Source of the DNA: an uncultured Chloroflexia bacterium
GTDB taxonomy: Bacteria > Chloroflexota > Limnocylindria > Limnocylindrales > CSP1-4
Assembly (NCBI GenBank): GCA_963813305.1
Contig: CAWEYP010000012.1
Span: 11,601 to 75,600, forward strand
Length of the DNA stretch: 64,000 nt
Reading direction: 5' to 3'
The notes below the pieces were generated by a model, which had not been told where the DNA came from, ran no database searches, and worked only from the letters and a program-made list of their open reading frames with translations. Shown piece after piece: positions 20,351-30,532 of this stretch (its first letter is position 1; the number at the start of each line of letters is the position of its first letter). Position numbers and translations under genes: made by a program.

Positions 20351-21532
20351 ATGCCAGCCGCCCCCGAGCTGAAGGCTCGCGCCGCCGCCGCCGTCGAGGC
20401 CGCCCGGCCCGAGATCCTGGAGCTCTCCGCCCGCATCCATGCCAACCCGGAGCCAGCCTTCGAGGAGCTCCAGGCGGCCGCCTGGTGCGCCGAGGCGATC
20501 GAGCGCGTCGGGTACGTGGTGGAGCACCCCGCGGGGCGCCTCGCGACCGCCGTGCGCGGCCGGCTGACGGGCGGCAGGGGGCCGGATGGGCCGCGGATCG
20601 GCGTGCTGGCCGAGTACGACGCGCTGCCGGGCCTGGGCCACGGCTGCGGCCACAACACGATGGCGGCCTCGGGCGTCGGCGCGGCGATCGCCCTGGCGGC
20701 GCTGCGCGACGAGTTCGCGGGGGAGATCGTCTTCCTCGGCACGCCGGCGGAGGAGCGGGGGAGCGGCAAGCAGTTCATGCTCGACGACGGGCTCATGGAC
20801 GGGCTCGACGCGGCGCTCCTGTTCCACCCCGGCGACCGCGACATGGTCGGCTGCATGCTCCTCGCCAGCGAGGACGTCGACGTGACGTTCACCGGCAAGG
20901 CGGCCCATGCGGCCGGCGAGCCATGGGAGGGCAGGAACGCGCTGGACGCGGTCGTCCTGCTGTTCTCTGCGATCGGGCTCTGGCGCCAGCAGCTTCCGCA
21001 GCACGCCCGGGTCCACGGCATCGTGCGCGAAGGCGGCACCGCGGCCAACATCATCCCGGACCGGGCCACGGCCCGGTTCATGATCCGGAGCACGAACCAG
21101 GCCTTCTACGAGTCGATGCGGGATCGGTTCCAGGCGCTGGTGGCCGGCGCGGCGATGATGGCCGACGTCACGGGCGAGGCGGTCTTCTCGGGCGGCTCGA
21201 CGACGATGAAGGACAACGCGGTCCTGGCCGGTCTCTGGCGGGCGAACCTCGAGGCGGCCGGCCGGGTCGACGAGGGGATCGACCCGGAGCACATCGGCAG
21301 CTCCGACATGGGCAACGTCTCGCTGGTCCTGCCGACGATCCACCCGACGCTGGCGATCTGCGACCACGGCGTGCCGTGGCACTCCATCGAGTCGCGCGAC
21401 GCCGCGGCCACGCCCCGCGCCGACGAGACCACGCTCCTGGCCGCGACACTCGTCGCCCAGACGGCCCTGGACCTGCTCGCCGACCCGTCCCTCGTCGACG
21501 CAGCGTGGCGGGAGTTCCGCGGCGAGGGCTAG
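20351..21532 (+). CDS. M20-family amidohydrolase (AbgB/aminoacylase-like)
   Basis: Intact 393 aa with GGGAGG upstream. Metal-site motifs are LPGLGHGCGHN and FLGTPAEERGSGK. Confidence 0.85.
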   Translation: MPAAPELKARAAAAVEAARPEILELSARIHANPEPAFEELQAAAWCAEAIERVGYVVEHPAGRLATAVRGRLTGGRGPDGPRIGVLAEYDALPGLGHGCGHNTMAASGVGAAIALAALRDEFAGEIVFLGTPAEERGSGKQFMLDDGLMDGLDAALLFHPGDRDMVGCMLLASEDVDVTFTGKAAHAAGEPWEGRNALDAVVLLFSAIGLWRQQLPQHARVHGIVREGGTAANIIPDRATARFMIRSTNQAFYESMRDRFQALVAGAAMMADVTGEAVFSGGSTTMKDNAVLAGLWRANLEAAGRVDEGIDPEHIGSSDMGNVSLVLPTIHPTLAICDHGVPWHSIESRDAAATPRADETTLLAATLVAQTALDLLADPSLVDAAWREFRGEG

Positions 21533-21655
21533 GCCCGGCGGCTGATCGACCGCCGGCCGCGGACCTCGTGACGTTCGGCACTCGCCGGCCGGCCGGCACG
21601 GGGCGATCGTGCGGTCGGGGGCCCGCGGGTGGAGGCCCCGGGACGAGGGTCGGCC

Positions 21656-22120
21656 ATGATCGGCGCGATGATCCTCAAGCGGGGAGCGGGCTCGGGCTGG
21701 GCAGCGGTCAACCGGCGCGACGTCGCGCCGCTGCTCAAGTACGTCGACGACGACTCGGTGCTCGAGGTGTCGGGTCGGCCGCCGTGGGGCGGCACGTTCG
21801 TGGGCAAGGAGGCGTGGCGCGCGTGGTTCGACGCATGGTTCGCGGCCGTCGCGACGTTCGAGTATCGCGTCGTGCACGAGGCGCTCGTGAACCCGTTCGC
21901 GCTCGGGTTCACCAACACGGTGCTGACCGAGTTCGAGGTCGACGCGACGACGCATGACGGCCGCGCGTTCCACGGCCGGGGCGTCGACGTCTCGGAGATG
22001 CGCCGCGGCAGGTATGTCGCCGACCGGACCTACCTCTTCGATGTCGAGATGAACGAGCTGATGCTGGCCGGGGCCGTGCCGCCCGCCGTGGCCCCGGCCC
22101 CCGGCGCGCCCACCTCGTAG
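21656..22120 (+). CDS. SnoaL/NTF2-like fold protein (hypothetical)
   Basis: ATG 21656 follows a GAGGG Shine-Dalgarno-like element. The size and pattern (DDDSVLEV...GGTFVGKEAWRAWFDAWF...) fit the SnoaL_2 family. Confidence 0.45.
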   Translation: MIGAMILKRGAGSGWAAVNRRDVAPLLKYVDDDSVLEVSGRPPWGGTFVGKEAWRAWFDAWFAAVATFEYRVVHEALVNPFALGFTNTVLTEFEVDATTHDGRAFHGRGVDVSEMRRGRYVADRTYLFDVEMNELMLAGAVPPAVAPAPGAPTS

Positions 22121-22269
22121 GTCCGCTCCCGGCCCGCCGCGCGCTATCATCCCCGCGCGCCCCGCTGGACGGCGGACACGAACCGGCGGCGCCCGCACCG
22201 GCGGCCGACGCATCCCGCGACGCCCGGGCCCAGCGCCCGCTCCGTCGCCCGGTCGCCAGGAGGTTTCGC

Positions 22270-23379
22270 GTGACCGACCGGCACGGCCACGATCCCGCCG
22301 CAGGGGGATCCGAGGGCTGGCGCGCGCCCGACGCGTTTCCCGACCCGGACTACGGCCACCTGAACGGGTGGGACCGCGACTTCGAGGCCTTCTCCGACTT
22401 CGACCTGCCGACCTACGTCGGTCCCACGACGTTCTCCAACCTGCCCTGGGTCACCGACCCGGCCGAGATCCGCCGGCGCGGCGTCGACGTCGCGATCGTC
22501 GGGGCGCCCTTCGACGATGCGGTCAGCCATCGGCCCGGCGCCCGCTTCGGCCCGCGCGCGATCCGGGCGGCCAACTACTCGTCCGGCTCGATCAACTCGC
22601 TCCAGCTGGGTCACGTCGAGCCGTTCGAGGTGCTGACGGTCGTCGACGCCGGCGATGCCAACATCATCCCGGCCTGGATCGAGCGCGGTCACGCCTTCAT
22701 CTACCGCAAGGTCCGCGAGGTCGCGGAGACGGGCGCGATCCCGATCGTCCTGGGCGGCGACCACTCGATCACCTGGCCCTCGGCCACCGCGATCGCCGAG
22801 GTCCGCCGGCCGGGCAGCATCGGGATCGTCCACTTCGACGCCCATGCCGACACGGCCCCCGAGGACTGGGGGGTGCTGGCGGGGCACGGGACGCCGATGC
22901 GGCGGCTCATCGAGAGCGGCGCCGTGACGGGCAGGAACTTCGTCCAGGTGGGCCTGCGCGGCTACTGGCCGCCGGTCGACGTCTTCGAGTGGATGAAGGC
23001 CCAGGGGATGCGCTGGCACCTCATGCGCGAGATGGAGGAGCGCGGCGCCGATGCGGTGATCGACGACGCGATCGCCGAGGCGCTCGACGGGGCGGACGCG
23101 GTCTACCTCTCCGTCGACATCGACGTGATCGATCCGGGGATGGCGCCCGGCACCGGGACACCGGAGCCCGGCGGCATGCTGACCCGCGAGGTCCTGCGGG
23201 CGATCCGCCGGATCGTCGGGGCCGTGGAGCTGGCCGGGATGGACATCGTCGAGGTCTCGCCGCCCTACGACCACGCGGAGATCACCGCGGCCGCTGCCAA
23301 CCGCTGCGCGCTGGAGACGATCTCGGCGCTGGCGGTCAAGAAGGCGGCCGGCCGCGAGGTGCGCTTCACGCCGAGGTAG
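22270..23379 (+). CDS. speB: Agmatinase/ureohydrolase family enzyme (agmatinase or guanidino-acid hydrolase)
   Basis: GTG 22270 is preceded by AGGAGG. Mn-binding motifs are IVLGGDHSITWP, VHFDAHADT and LSVDIDVIDPGMAPGTGTPEPGG. Confidence 0.85.
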   Translation: MTDRHGHDPAAGGSEGWRAPDAFPDPDYGHLNGWDRDFEAFSDFDLPTYVGPTTFSNLPWVTDPAEIRRRGVDVAIVGAPFDDAVSHRPGARFGPRAIRAANYSSGSINSLQLGHVEPFEVLTVVDAGDANIIPAWIERGHAFIYRKVREVAETGAIPIVLGGDHSITWPSATAIAEVRRPGSIGIVHFDAHADTAPEDWGVLAGHGTPMRRLIESGAVTGRNFVQVGLRGYWPPVDVFEWMKAQGMRWHLMREMEERGADAVIDDAIAEALDGADAVYLSVDIDVIDPGMAPGTGTPEPGGMLTREVLRAIRRIVGAVELAGMDIVEVSPPYDHAEITAAAANRCALETISALAVKKAAGREVRFTPR

Positions 23380-23469
23380 GCGAGGGGCCCGGCGTCTCCG
23401 CCGGGAGGAGCTCCGAGCGGCTGGGCGCCGGGGGTGCGGCAGGGCGCCGCGTCCGGAGTCGGCAGCGCC

Positions 23470-23648
23470 CCGGCGTGCGGCCCTCGGCGTGCGGCCGGGC
23501 GCGGCCGGCGTCCCGGAGGCGGCGTGCGGCCGGCGTCCCGGCGTGCGGCGTGCGGCCCGCGTCCCGGCGTGCGGCCGGCGTCCCGGGGCGCGGAGTGCGG
23601 CCCGCGTCCCGGCGTGCGGCCGGCGTCCGGGCATCCCGGAGTGCGGCC
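23470..23648. repeat. Intergenic GC-rich tandem array (about 45-bp unit built from an 18-21-bp subunit GCGTGCGGCC[G/C]GCGTCCCGG)
   Basis: Copy 23550-23594 and copy 23595-23640 share an identical first 34 nt (GTGCGGCCCGCGTCCCGGCGTGCGGCCGGCGTCC). A partial third copy starts at 23641, and degenerate subunits occur from about 23470. Confidence 0.8.
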
Positions 23649-23872
23649 TCTCGCGGACGTCGCTTGGACAAGCCGGTGCCAGCGGCCAAGCTGCTGGGAT
23701 CCCCCGCCGGCATGCACCGAGGTTGACGACGAACCTCGACTCCAGCGGACGCGCCGTGCGTGATCCGCCCGATTCCCGAGCGGTCACGCCGCGGGACCGG
23801 CCCGCGCAGCGACCGAGGTTGCCGGGCGCGGCCGACCGCCGTCCGCCGTCGACCCGGGGCGCGTCCACGGCG

Positions 23873-23878
23873 TAGGAT
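23873..23878 (+). promoter_or_regulatory. -10-like hexamer TAGGAT, 6 nt upstream of ATG 23885 (leaderless candidate)
   Basis: TAGGATcatcgcATG, with no Shine-Dalgarno element between them. Confidence 0.45.
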
Positions 23879-23884
23879 CATCGC

Positions 23885-24706
23885 ATGACCGCGTCGAACG
23901 ACCGGACGCCCACGGAGACCCCCGCCGAGGCGCTGGCGCGCCTGTACGACCTGGACCTGCAGGACGACCCCGGCGACCTGGACATGTGGACGGCGCTGGC
24001 GGCCGAGGCCGACGGCCCGGTCCTGGAGCTGATGGCCGGGAGCGGCCGGATCGCCGTGCCGCTGGCGGAGACCGGCCACCCCGTCACCGCCGTGGACCTC
24101 GATCCGGCGATGCTCACCCGCGCCCGCCGGCGCGCGGAGGCGGCCGGCGCCGGGACGGCCGCCCGCCTCGAGATCGTCCTGGGCGACGTGGCGGCGGCCG
24201 ACCTGGGGCTGGGACGGCGCTTCCGCCTGGCGTTCATCGGCCTCAACTCCATCCTTCTCCTGCCGAGCCGCGCCGCCCAGCGGGCCGCCTGGCAGGCCCT
24301 CGCCGCGCACCTGGAGCCGGGCGGCCTGGCCGTGGTCGACACGTGGCTGCCCGACGCCCACGACCTGGCCCGCTACGACGGCCGTCTCCACCTGGAGTAC
24401 CACCGCCCGGACCCGGAGACGGGGCGCTGGGTGACCAAGACCGCGGCCGCCCAGCACGACGCGGCGACCCAGACGGTCGCCCTGACCACGATCTACGAGG
24501 AGGGGGATCCCGGGGAGCCCGCCAGCCGCTGGGTCCGCCGCGACGTCGTGCGTCTCGTGACCGTCGAGGAGCTGCGGGCGATGGCCGAGGCCGCCGGCCT
24601 CGGCGTGGAGCTGATCGCCGGCGGGTACGACCTCGAGCCGCTGGGACCCCATGACGATCGGGCGGTCGTGATCGCCCGAATGCCGGGCTCCGGCGAGGCG
24701 GGATGA
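23885..24706 (+). CDS. Class I SAM-dependent methyltransferase
   Basis: Intact 273 aa. Motif I is VLELMAGSGRIAVPLA, followed by the acidic loop VTAVDLD. Confidence 0.8.
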   Translation: MTASNDRTPTETPAEALARLYDLDLQDDPGDLDMWTALAAEADGPVLELMAGSGRIAVPLAETGHPVTAVDLDPAMLTRARRRAEAAGAGTAARLEIVLGDVAAADLGLGRRFRLAFIGLNSILLLPSRAAQRAAWQALAAHLEPGGLAVVDTWLPDAHDLARYDGRLHLEYHRPDPETGRWVTKTAAAQHDAATQTVALTTIYEEGDPGEPASRWVRRDVVRLVTVEELRAMAEAAGLGVELIAGGYDLEPLGPHDDRAVVIARMPGSGEAG

Positions 24707-25878
24707 GCGTGGTATCGTCCGGCGCGATGTCCGCTGCAGCCGGTCCGATCCGCCTTCTCCTCGTGGAGGACGTGCCCCAGGTCGCGCAGTACGTGCGCGG
24801 CCTGCTCAATGCCCAGAGCCAGATCAAGCTCGTCGACGTCGTCACCGACGGTGGGCGCGCCGTCTCGCAGGCGCGCCAGCTGCGGCCCGACGTCGTGATC
24901 GTCGACTGGCTCCTGCAGGGACGGACCAAGGGCGAGAAGGTCGTCGCGCAGATGCGCGAGGCCGGCCTCGGGATCCCGGTGGCCGTCGTGACGGTGCCCC
25001 AGAGCCCGGTCGTCAAGAACCCGGCCGCCGGCATCGATGCGGTCCTGGGGATGCCCTTCTCGGGCTTCGAGCTGGTGAACGTCGTCGTCTCGATCCACCA
25101 GGCGGCCCAGGTGGCGAACGACTCGATCCGCTCGAAGCTGCTCGTCGTCTATGCGCCGAAGGGCGGCGTCGGCAAGACGACCCTCGCCTTCAACCTCGCG
25201 GTCGCCCTCGGCCAGGCCGGCACCCGGACCGCGCTCGTCGACGGCAGCCTCCAGTTCGGCGACCTCCGCTCGCTCCTCCGCGTTCCCGCCGACGCCCCGT
25301 CGATCCTGGACCTGCCGACCGACCGGATCGGCGAGTCCGACCTCCAGGACGTCCTCTGGCGCGACCCGTCGGGGATCGACATCCTCCTCGCCCCGCCGCG
25401 CGTGGAGATGGCCGAGATGGTGAGCGTGCGCGACGTCGAGAAGGCGCTCTCGCTCCTGCGTCGCCTCTACGGGGCCGTCGTCGTCGACATGCCGTCGGCG
25501 CTCGGCGACATCCCGCTGGCGCTGCTCGATGCGGCCGACACGATCCTCGAGATCGTGACCTACGACTCGACGACGATCCGCAACACGCTGGCGGTCGCGG
25601 AGGCGTTCCGCGCCATCGGCTACCCGGCCGTCCAAGGTCCGCTACGTCGTCAACCGCGCCGACTCGACCGGCGGGATCGCGGCCGAGGACCTCGCGCGCG
25701 CGCTCGGGCGCGTGCCGGAGCACACGATCGTGTCCGACGGCATGCTCGTCGTGCAGGCCAACAACGAGGGCCTGCCCTTCGTCCTCGCCAACCCGGACGC
25801 CCCGATCAGCCGCGACATCGCCCAGCTGGCCGCCGTCCTGGTCGAGCGCCGACTCCCGTCCCCGCCGGGCGGCGCTGA
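24703..25878 (+). pseudogene. Response-regulator receiver fused to a ParA/MinD-type ATPase (CpaE/TadZ-like), paralog 1; frameshift near 25630
   Basis: ATG 24703 overlaps the methyltransferase stop (ATGA). The REC domain reads LLLVEDV...VVIVDWLL...VAVVTV...GMPF. The deviant Walker A is YAPKGGVGKTTLAFNLA. The C-terminus ([11 protein letters not shown]...[21 protein letters not shown]) is in frame 2, while the frame-1 stop is at 25876-25878. Confidence 0.75.
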
Positions 25879-25882
25879 GCCG

Positions 25883-26805
25883 GTGGCCGACCCGCGCCCG
25901 ATCGGCGTCTTCGACTCCGGGGTGGGGGGCCTGACCGTCCTCCGCGAGATCCTCCGCCGCCTGCCCGGCGAGTCCACGATCTACCTGGGCGACAACGCCC
26001 GGGCGCCGTACGGCATCCGCCCCGACGACGAGGTGCGGCGCTTCAGCACGGAGGCGCTCGACCGGCTCGTCCGCGAGGACGTCAAGGCGCTCGTGGTCGC
26101 CTGCAACACGTCGACGGCCGTGGCCCTCGGGCGAGTACCGGCGGCGCTACGACACGCCCGTCCTGGGCGTGATCCGGCCCGGGCGCCCAGGCCGCCGCGC
26201 TCGCGACGCGGACCCGGCGGGTCGGCGTGATCGCCACGCCGGCGACGATCCGGTCGCACGCCTACTTCGACGCGATCAAGGAGGAGAACCCGGCGGTCGA
26301 GGTCTACGAGCACGCCACGCCGGCGCTGGTGCCGCTCGTCGAGGCCGGCGGGCTCGCCGGCCCGGAGGCCGAGGCCGCCGTCGCCGACGCCCTGGCGCCG
26401 CTGCTGGGCCGCCGCGACGAGAACGGGGAGTTCATCCATCCGCTGCCGAGCTCGGCCAGGATCGACACGCTCCTCCTCGGCTGCACCCACTACCCGCTGC
26501 TGCGCCCGGTCCTGCAGGCGGCGGTGGGCGAGGGCGTCGCGATCGTCGACTCCGCGACGGCGACCGCCGGCGCCCTGGCGGAGCTGCTCTCGGTGAACGG
26601 CCTGGAGGCGCCGGGCTCCACCCGGGGCACGGCGGCCGACGCCGGTCGGGAGGGGCACCACCCGGCGGCCATCCGCGCAACCCCGCCGATCCACCGGGTC
26701 ATGACGACCGGGGACGTCGCGGCGTTCGCGCGGATCGCCGCGCGGATGTTCGGGGACGCCTTCCCGGCGGTCGAGTCGATCGAGCTGGAGCCGGTCGCGC
26801 GATGA
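25883..26805 (+). pseudogene. murI: Glutamate racemase, two frameshifts (about 26138 and 26178)
   Basis: Motifs are [50 protein letters not shown] and LLGCTHYPLL. It ends at TGA 26803-26805. Confidence 0.85.
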
Positions 26806-26821
26806 GCGCCGCCGGGCGTCG

Positions 26822-28016
26822 ATGACCGGACCGCGCCGCTCCGGCCGGCCCTCCACCAGCGGCACCTGGCAGGCCGGCTTCCTGGTGGGCGCCGCGCTCG
26901 GCGCCGCCGTGACCGTCCTGGGCCGCCGCGCGGAGGCGCAGGCGCGGACCGGCCTGGTCGACTGGAACGCCGTGGAGCGGCTGGCCGAGGCCCGCCTGCG
27001 CAACGCCCCCGGGCGCCTGGAGCCGGCCGAGATCGCGGCCGCCGGCCCGCTCTACGTGGCGTCGATGCACCGGGTGGTGCCGGCGCTGGAGCATGCGCTG
27101 GAGACGCCGCTGCCGGGGATCGTCGAGCGCGTCGCGGTCGTCGACCGCGCCGGCTGGGTCCGCGCCAACCTCTCCACCTTCTCCGGGCTCTTCGGCCGTC
27201 TCGAGGGCGACCTCCTCGACCAGATCGTGCCGCCCGGCGCCGGCCTCGGGAAGGCGTCCATCGCGCTGGCCAACCGCTGGATCACGACCCGCCAGTTCGG
27301 GCTCCTGCTCGGCTTCATGGGCCAGCGCGTGCTCGGCCAGTACGACCTCGCGCTCCTCTCGGCCGAGGCGGAGCCGGGCCAGCTCCTCTTCGTCGAGGAG
27401 AACATCCGGCACACGGCCCGCGCGCTGGGCGTGCCGCTGGAGCCGTTCCGGACCTGGATCGCGCTCCACGAGACGACGCACGCCTTCGAGTTCGAGGCGC
27501 ACCCCTGGCTGCGCCCGTACCTGGCCGAGCGCCTGGAGAAGCAGCTGGGCGGTCTCTCCCACAGCGCCGCGGACCTGGGACGGGATGCCTCGCGGGCGCT
27601 CGGGCGCGCCATCCGCGGCGGCGACGGGCACTGGCTGGAGCGCCTGATGTCGGACGAGCAGCGGCGCCTGTTCCGGGAGACGCAGACGGTCATGAGCCTG
27701 CTCGAGGGGTTCTCCGATCACGTCATGGACGAGGTCGGCCGCGACCTGGTGCCGGACGTCGAGACGATCAGCCGGCGCTTCCACGCCCGGCGGGCGACCC
27801 GGACGCCGATGGAGCGGGCGATCCTGCGGATCACCGGCCTCGACCTGAAGATGGAGCAGTACGCCCGCGGCGAGCGCTTCGTCGCGGCCGTGCGAGCGCG
27901 CCGCCGGCCCCGCCGGCCTGCGCCGCCTGTGGGAGGGACCCGAGACGCTGCCGCGAGACGGCGAGCTGGAGCGGCCCGAGCGCTGGGTGCGACGCGTCGT
28001 GGGGGCGCGGCCGTGA
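26822..28016 (+). pseudogene. DUF2342-type zinc-dependent metalloprotease, one frameshift near 27895
   Basis: The HExxH site is IALHETTHAFEF, and the DUF2342 layout is typical (RWITTRQFGLLLGFM...). The C-terminus LRRLWEGPETLP...VGARP* is in another frame and ends at TGA 28014-28016. Confidence 0.7.
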
Positions 28017-29029
28017 CCGGCCCCGGCCGCGGCCCGGGCGGCGTCCCGCGGGCGATCGCGCTCACGCCGGTGCTCTCCGCGCGGTACCGCGCCGAGGACA
28101 TGGCGGCCATCCGGGCCGCGGCACCCGGCTCGCGGATCGTCTCCATCTCGCGCGAGGGGCTCGCGGACGGCCCGATCGACGACGTCGAGGTGCTGCTCCA
28201 CGGCTGGCTCGCCACGGACGCCTTCGAGCGCCTCCTGGCGCGCGCCCCCGACCTTCGCTGGGTCCACTCGGCCGCGGCCGGCATCGAGCGGCTCCTCACG
28301 CCGGCGGGGCAGTCGCGAGGGCTGACGATCACGAACGCCCGCGGCGTCTTCAGCCGCCCGATCGCCGAGTACGTCCTGATGATGGTCCTGGCGGTGAACC
28401 GTCGGCTGCCGCAGCTCCTCGAGCTGGCTGCCGAGCGGACCTGGCAGCCCCTGGAGGGCCGCGAGCTGCGCGACACGACGCTGGGGATCATCGGGTTCGG
28501 CAGCATCGGTCACGCGATCGCCGAGCTCGCGGCGCCCTTCGGGCCGCGGATCCTCGCCACGCGGCGGTCGGGCGCCGCGCGCCCCGGGGAGCCGCCGCTT
28601 CCACCGGGCGTGGAGCTGGCCGGGCCCGAGGCGTTCGGCGACGTGGTCGCCGCGTCGGACTTCGTGATCCTCGCCGTGCCGCTGACGCCGGCGACCGAGG
28701 ACCTGGTCGACGACCGCGTGCTGGCCCTCATGAAACGCACGGCATGGCTGGTGAACGTCTCCCGCGGCCGCCTCATCGTCGAGCGCGCCCTCCTCCGCGC
28801 GCTGCGCGAGGGCACGATCGGCGGCGCCGTCCTCGACGCGTTCCGCGAGGAGCCGCTCCAGCCCGACTCGGCGTTCTACGGCCTGCCCAACGTCATCGTG
28901 ACACCGCACACGTCGTGGTCCAGCGGGCGCGTGCTCGACCGGACCGTGGAGCTGTTCGTCGAGAACCTGCGCCGCTACGCCGCCGGTGAGCCGCTCCTCA
29001 ACACGGTCGATCCCGGCGCCGGATACTGA
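28013..29029 (+). CDS. D-isomer-specific 2-hydroxyacid dehydrogenase (NAD-binding)
   Basis: GTG 28013 overlaps the upstream stop (GTGA). Motifs are LGIIGFGSIGHAIA, LVNVSRGRLI, LDAFREEP and VTPHTSW. Confidence 0.85.
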   Translation: MTGPGRGPGGVPRAIALTPVLSARYRAEDMAAIRAAAPGSRIVSISREGLADGPIDDVEVLLHGWLATDAFERLLARAPDLRWVHSAAAGIERLLTPAGQSRGLTITNARGVFSRPIAEYVLMMVLAVNRRLPQLLELAAERTWQPLEGRELRDTTLGIIGFGSIGHAIAELAAPFGPRILATRRSGAARPGEPPLPPGVELAGPEAFGDVVAASDFVILAVPLTPATEDLVDDRVLALMKRTAWLVNVSRGRLIVERALLRALREGTIGGAVLDAFREEPLQPDSAFYGLPNVIVTPHTSWSSGRVLDRTVELFVENLRRYAAGEPLLNTVDPGAGY

Positions 29030-29033
29030 CGCC

Positions 29034-30138
29034 ATGCAGATCGCGATCGTCGGTCTCGCCGGCGCCGGCAAGACGACCGTCTTCAACACGCTCACGCGCG
29101 GCGACGCCCAGACCGGCGGGTTCGGCGGGATGGAGCTCCACGTCGGCGTCGTCAAGGTGCCGGACGTGCGCCTCGACCGCCTGGCCGAGATCTTCCACCC
29201 GAAGAAGATCGTCCACGCCGACGTCACGTACATCGACCTGCCGGCGCCGCCGGCCGTCGTCCGAGGGCCGGATCGGGACGGAGGAGCTGCCGGCCGAGCA
29301 CCTGGGCCGGCTGCGCGACGCCGACGCCCTGCTCCACGTCGTCCGGGCCTGGGACGACCCGCACCACCCGCATCCCGCCGGGTCGGTGGACGCCTGGCGC
29401 GACCTGGAGCAGCTGGACCTGGAGTTCGTCCTGGCCGACCTGTCGATGGTCGACCGGCGCCTGGAGCGGCTGCGCGGCACCGGCCGCCACGGCACGCCGG
29501 CGGAGCGCGAGGCGAACGAACGCGAGGCGGTCATCCTGGAGCGAATCCGGGTCGGCCTCGCCGAGGGCCATCCGATCCGCGACGCCGGCCTCGACGCGGA
29601 CGAGGAGAAGGCGCTCCGCGGCTTCCGCTTCCTGACCCAGAAGCCGGTCCTCGTCCTGCTCAACGTCGGCGAGGGCGAGCTGCCGGGGGCGCGGGCGCTG
29701 GTGGCCGAGATCGCCGGCCGCTACGACCACCGCCACGCCCTCGTGGATGCCCTGTCGGCCCGGATCGAGATGGAGCTCGGCCAGCTCGAGCCGGACGAGG
29801 CGGCCGTCTTCGCCGAGGAGCTGGGGATCACCGAGAGCAGCCTGGATCGCGTCATCGCCCTGTCCTACCGGCTGCTCGGGCTCATCAGCTTCCTGACCGC
29901 CGGGCCGGACGAGGTTCGCGCCTGGCCGGTGCCGGACGGGGCGACCGCGGTGGATGCCGCCGGGGCGATCCACACCGACCTCGCGAAGGGCTTCATCCGC
30001 GCCGAGACGGTGCCCTACGAGGACCTGATCGCCCTCCGCACCACCGCCGAGGCGCGCAAGCACGGCAAGCTGCGCTCCGAGGGAAGGACGTACCGCGTCC
30101 GCGACGGCGACGTCATCGAGATCCTCTTCTCGAAGTAG
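29034..30138 (+). pseudogene. ychF: Redox-regulated ATPase/GTPase YchF, one frameshift near 29250
   Basis: The P-loop is MQIAIVGLAGAGKTTVFN. The C-terminal TGS-like domain is GFIRAETVPYEDL...GKLRSEGRTYRVRDGDVIEILFSK*. Confidence 0.85.
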
Positions 30139-30168
30139 GGGACGGACGGGGTCCGCCCGCGAGGCCGG

Positions 30169-30532
30169 TCAGTCGTTGCGGACGTCGTCGTCGCCGGCGT
30201 ATTCCACGAAGACGCCGCGATAGTCGAGGCCGCCCTCCAGCGACTTCGAGCTCGTCGTCGCTCGTCGCGATCAGGAAGTTCTCGTCCTCGTCGGTCGACA
30301 CGTTGACCGCGGCGACGAGGCGCTCGTCGGAGACGTAGATGAAGCCGCACTCGCGCTCGAGCTCGACGGCGATGGCCTCGATCAGCGTATCTTCCTCGAA
30401 ACCGGTCGCGATCCGACGGCGGACCGCCTGGACCAGGTCGAAGAATTCCTCCGGCGCGATCTCCTCCTCGCTTGCCAGCAGGACGTCCGAGTAGGTGGCG
30501 TCGTCGCCCTCGTGGAGCTCGTAGAAGTACAC
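30169..30532 (-). pseudogene. Small acidic hypothetical protein, one frameshift near 30250
   Basis: GTG 30532 is preceded by GAGGAG, with a minus-strand TATACT hexamer at 30570-30565. The protein begins MYFYELHEGDDATYSDVLLASEEE. The likely C-terminus SLEGGLDYRGVFVEYAGDDDVRND* is in another frame, with its stop at 30169-30171. Confidence 0.4.

Noticed and set aside
23655-23872. The structured leader as a known riboswitch (SAM or others) controlling the downstream methyltransferase.
   Set aside because: I could not match any conserved riboswitch core by eye. The methyltransferase has its own -10 hexamer 6 nt from its ATG, so the structures would lie outside its mRNA. It is kept only as an unexplained structured region.
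25712-26230. A genuine REC-ParA-MurI tri-domain fusion protein.
   Set aside because: The apparent read-through lies in a block with dense indel errors. A GTG (25883) sits at the normal MurI N-terminus, and the original frame has a stop at 25876-25878. This should be re-examined after polishing.
26822-29029. A 735-aa ORF fusing the DUF2342 protease to a 2-hydroxyacid dehydrogenase.
   Set aside because: The DUF2342 C-terminus continues in a different frame to TGA 28014-28016. The dehydrogenase starts at the overlapping GTG 28013. The in-frame read-through segment has no family similarity.
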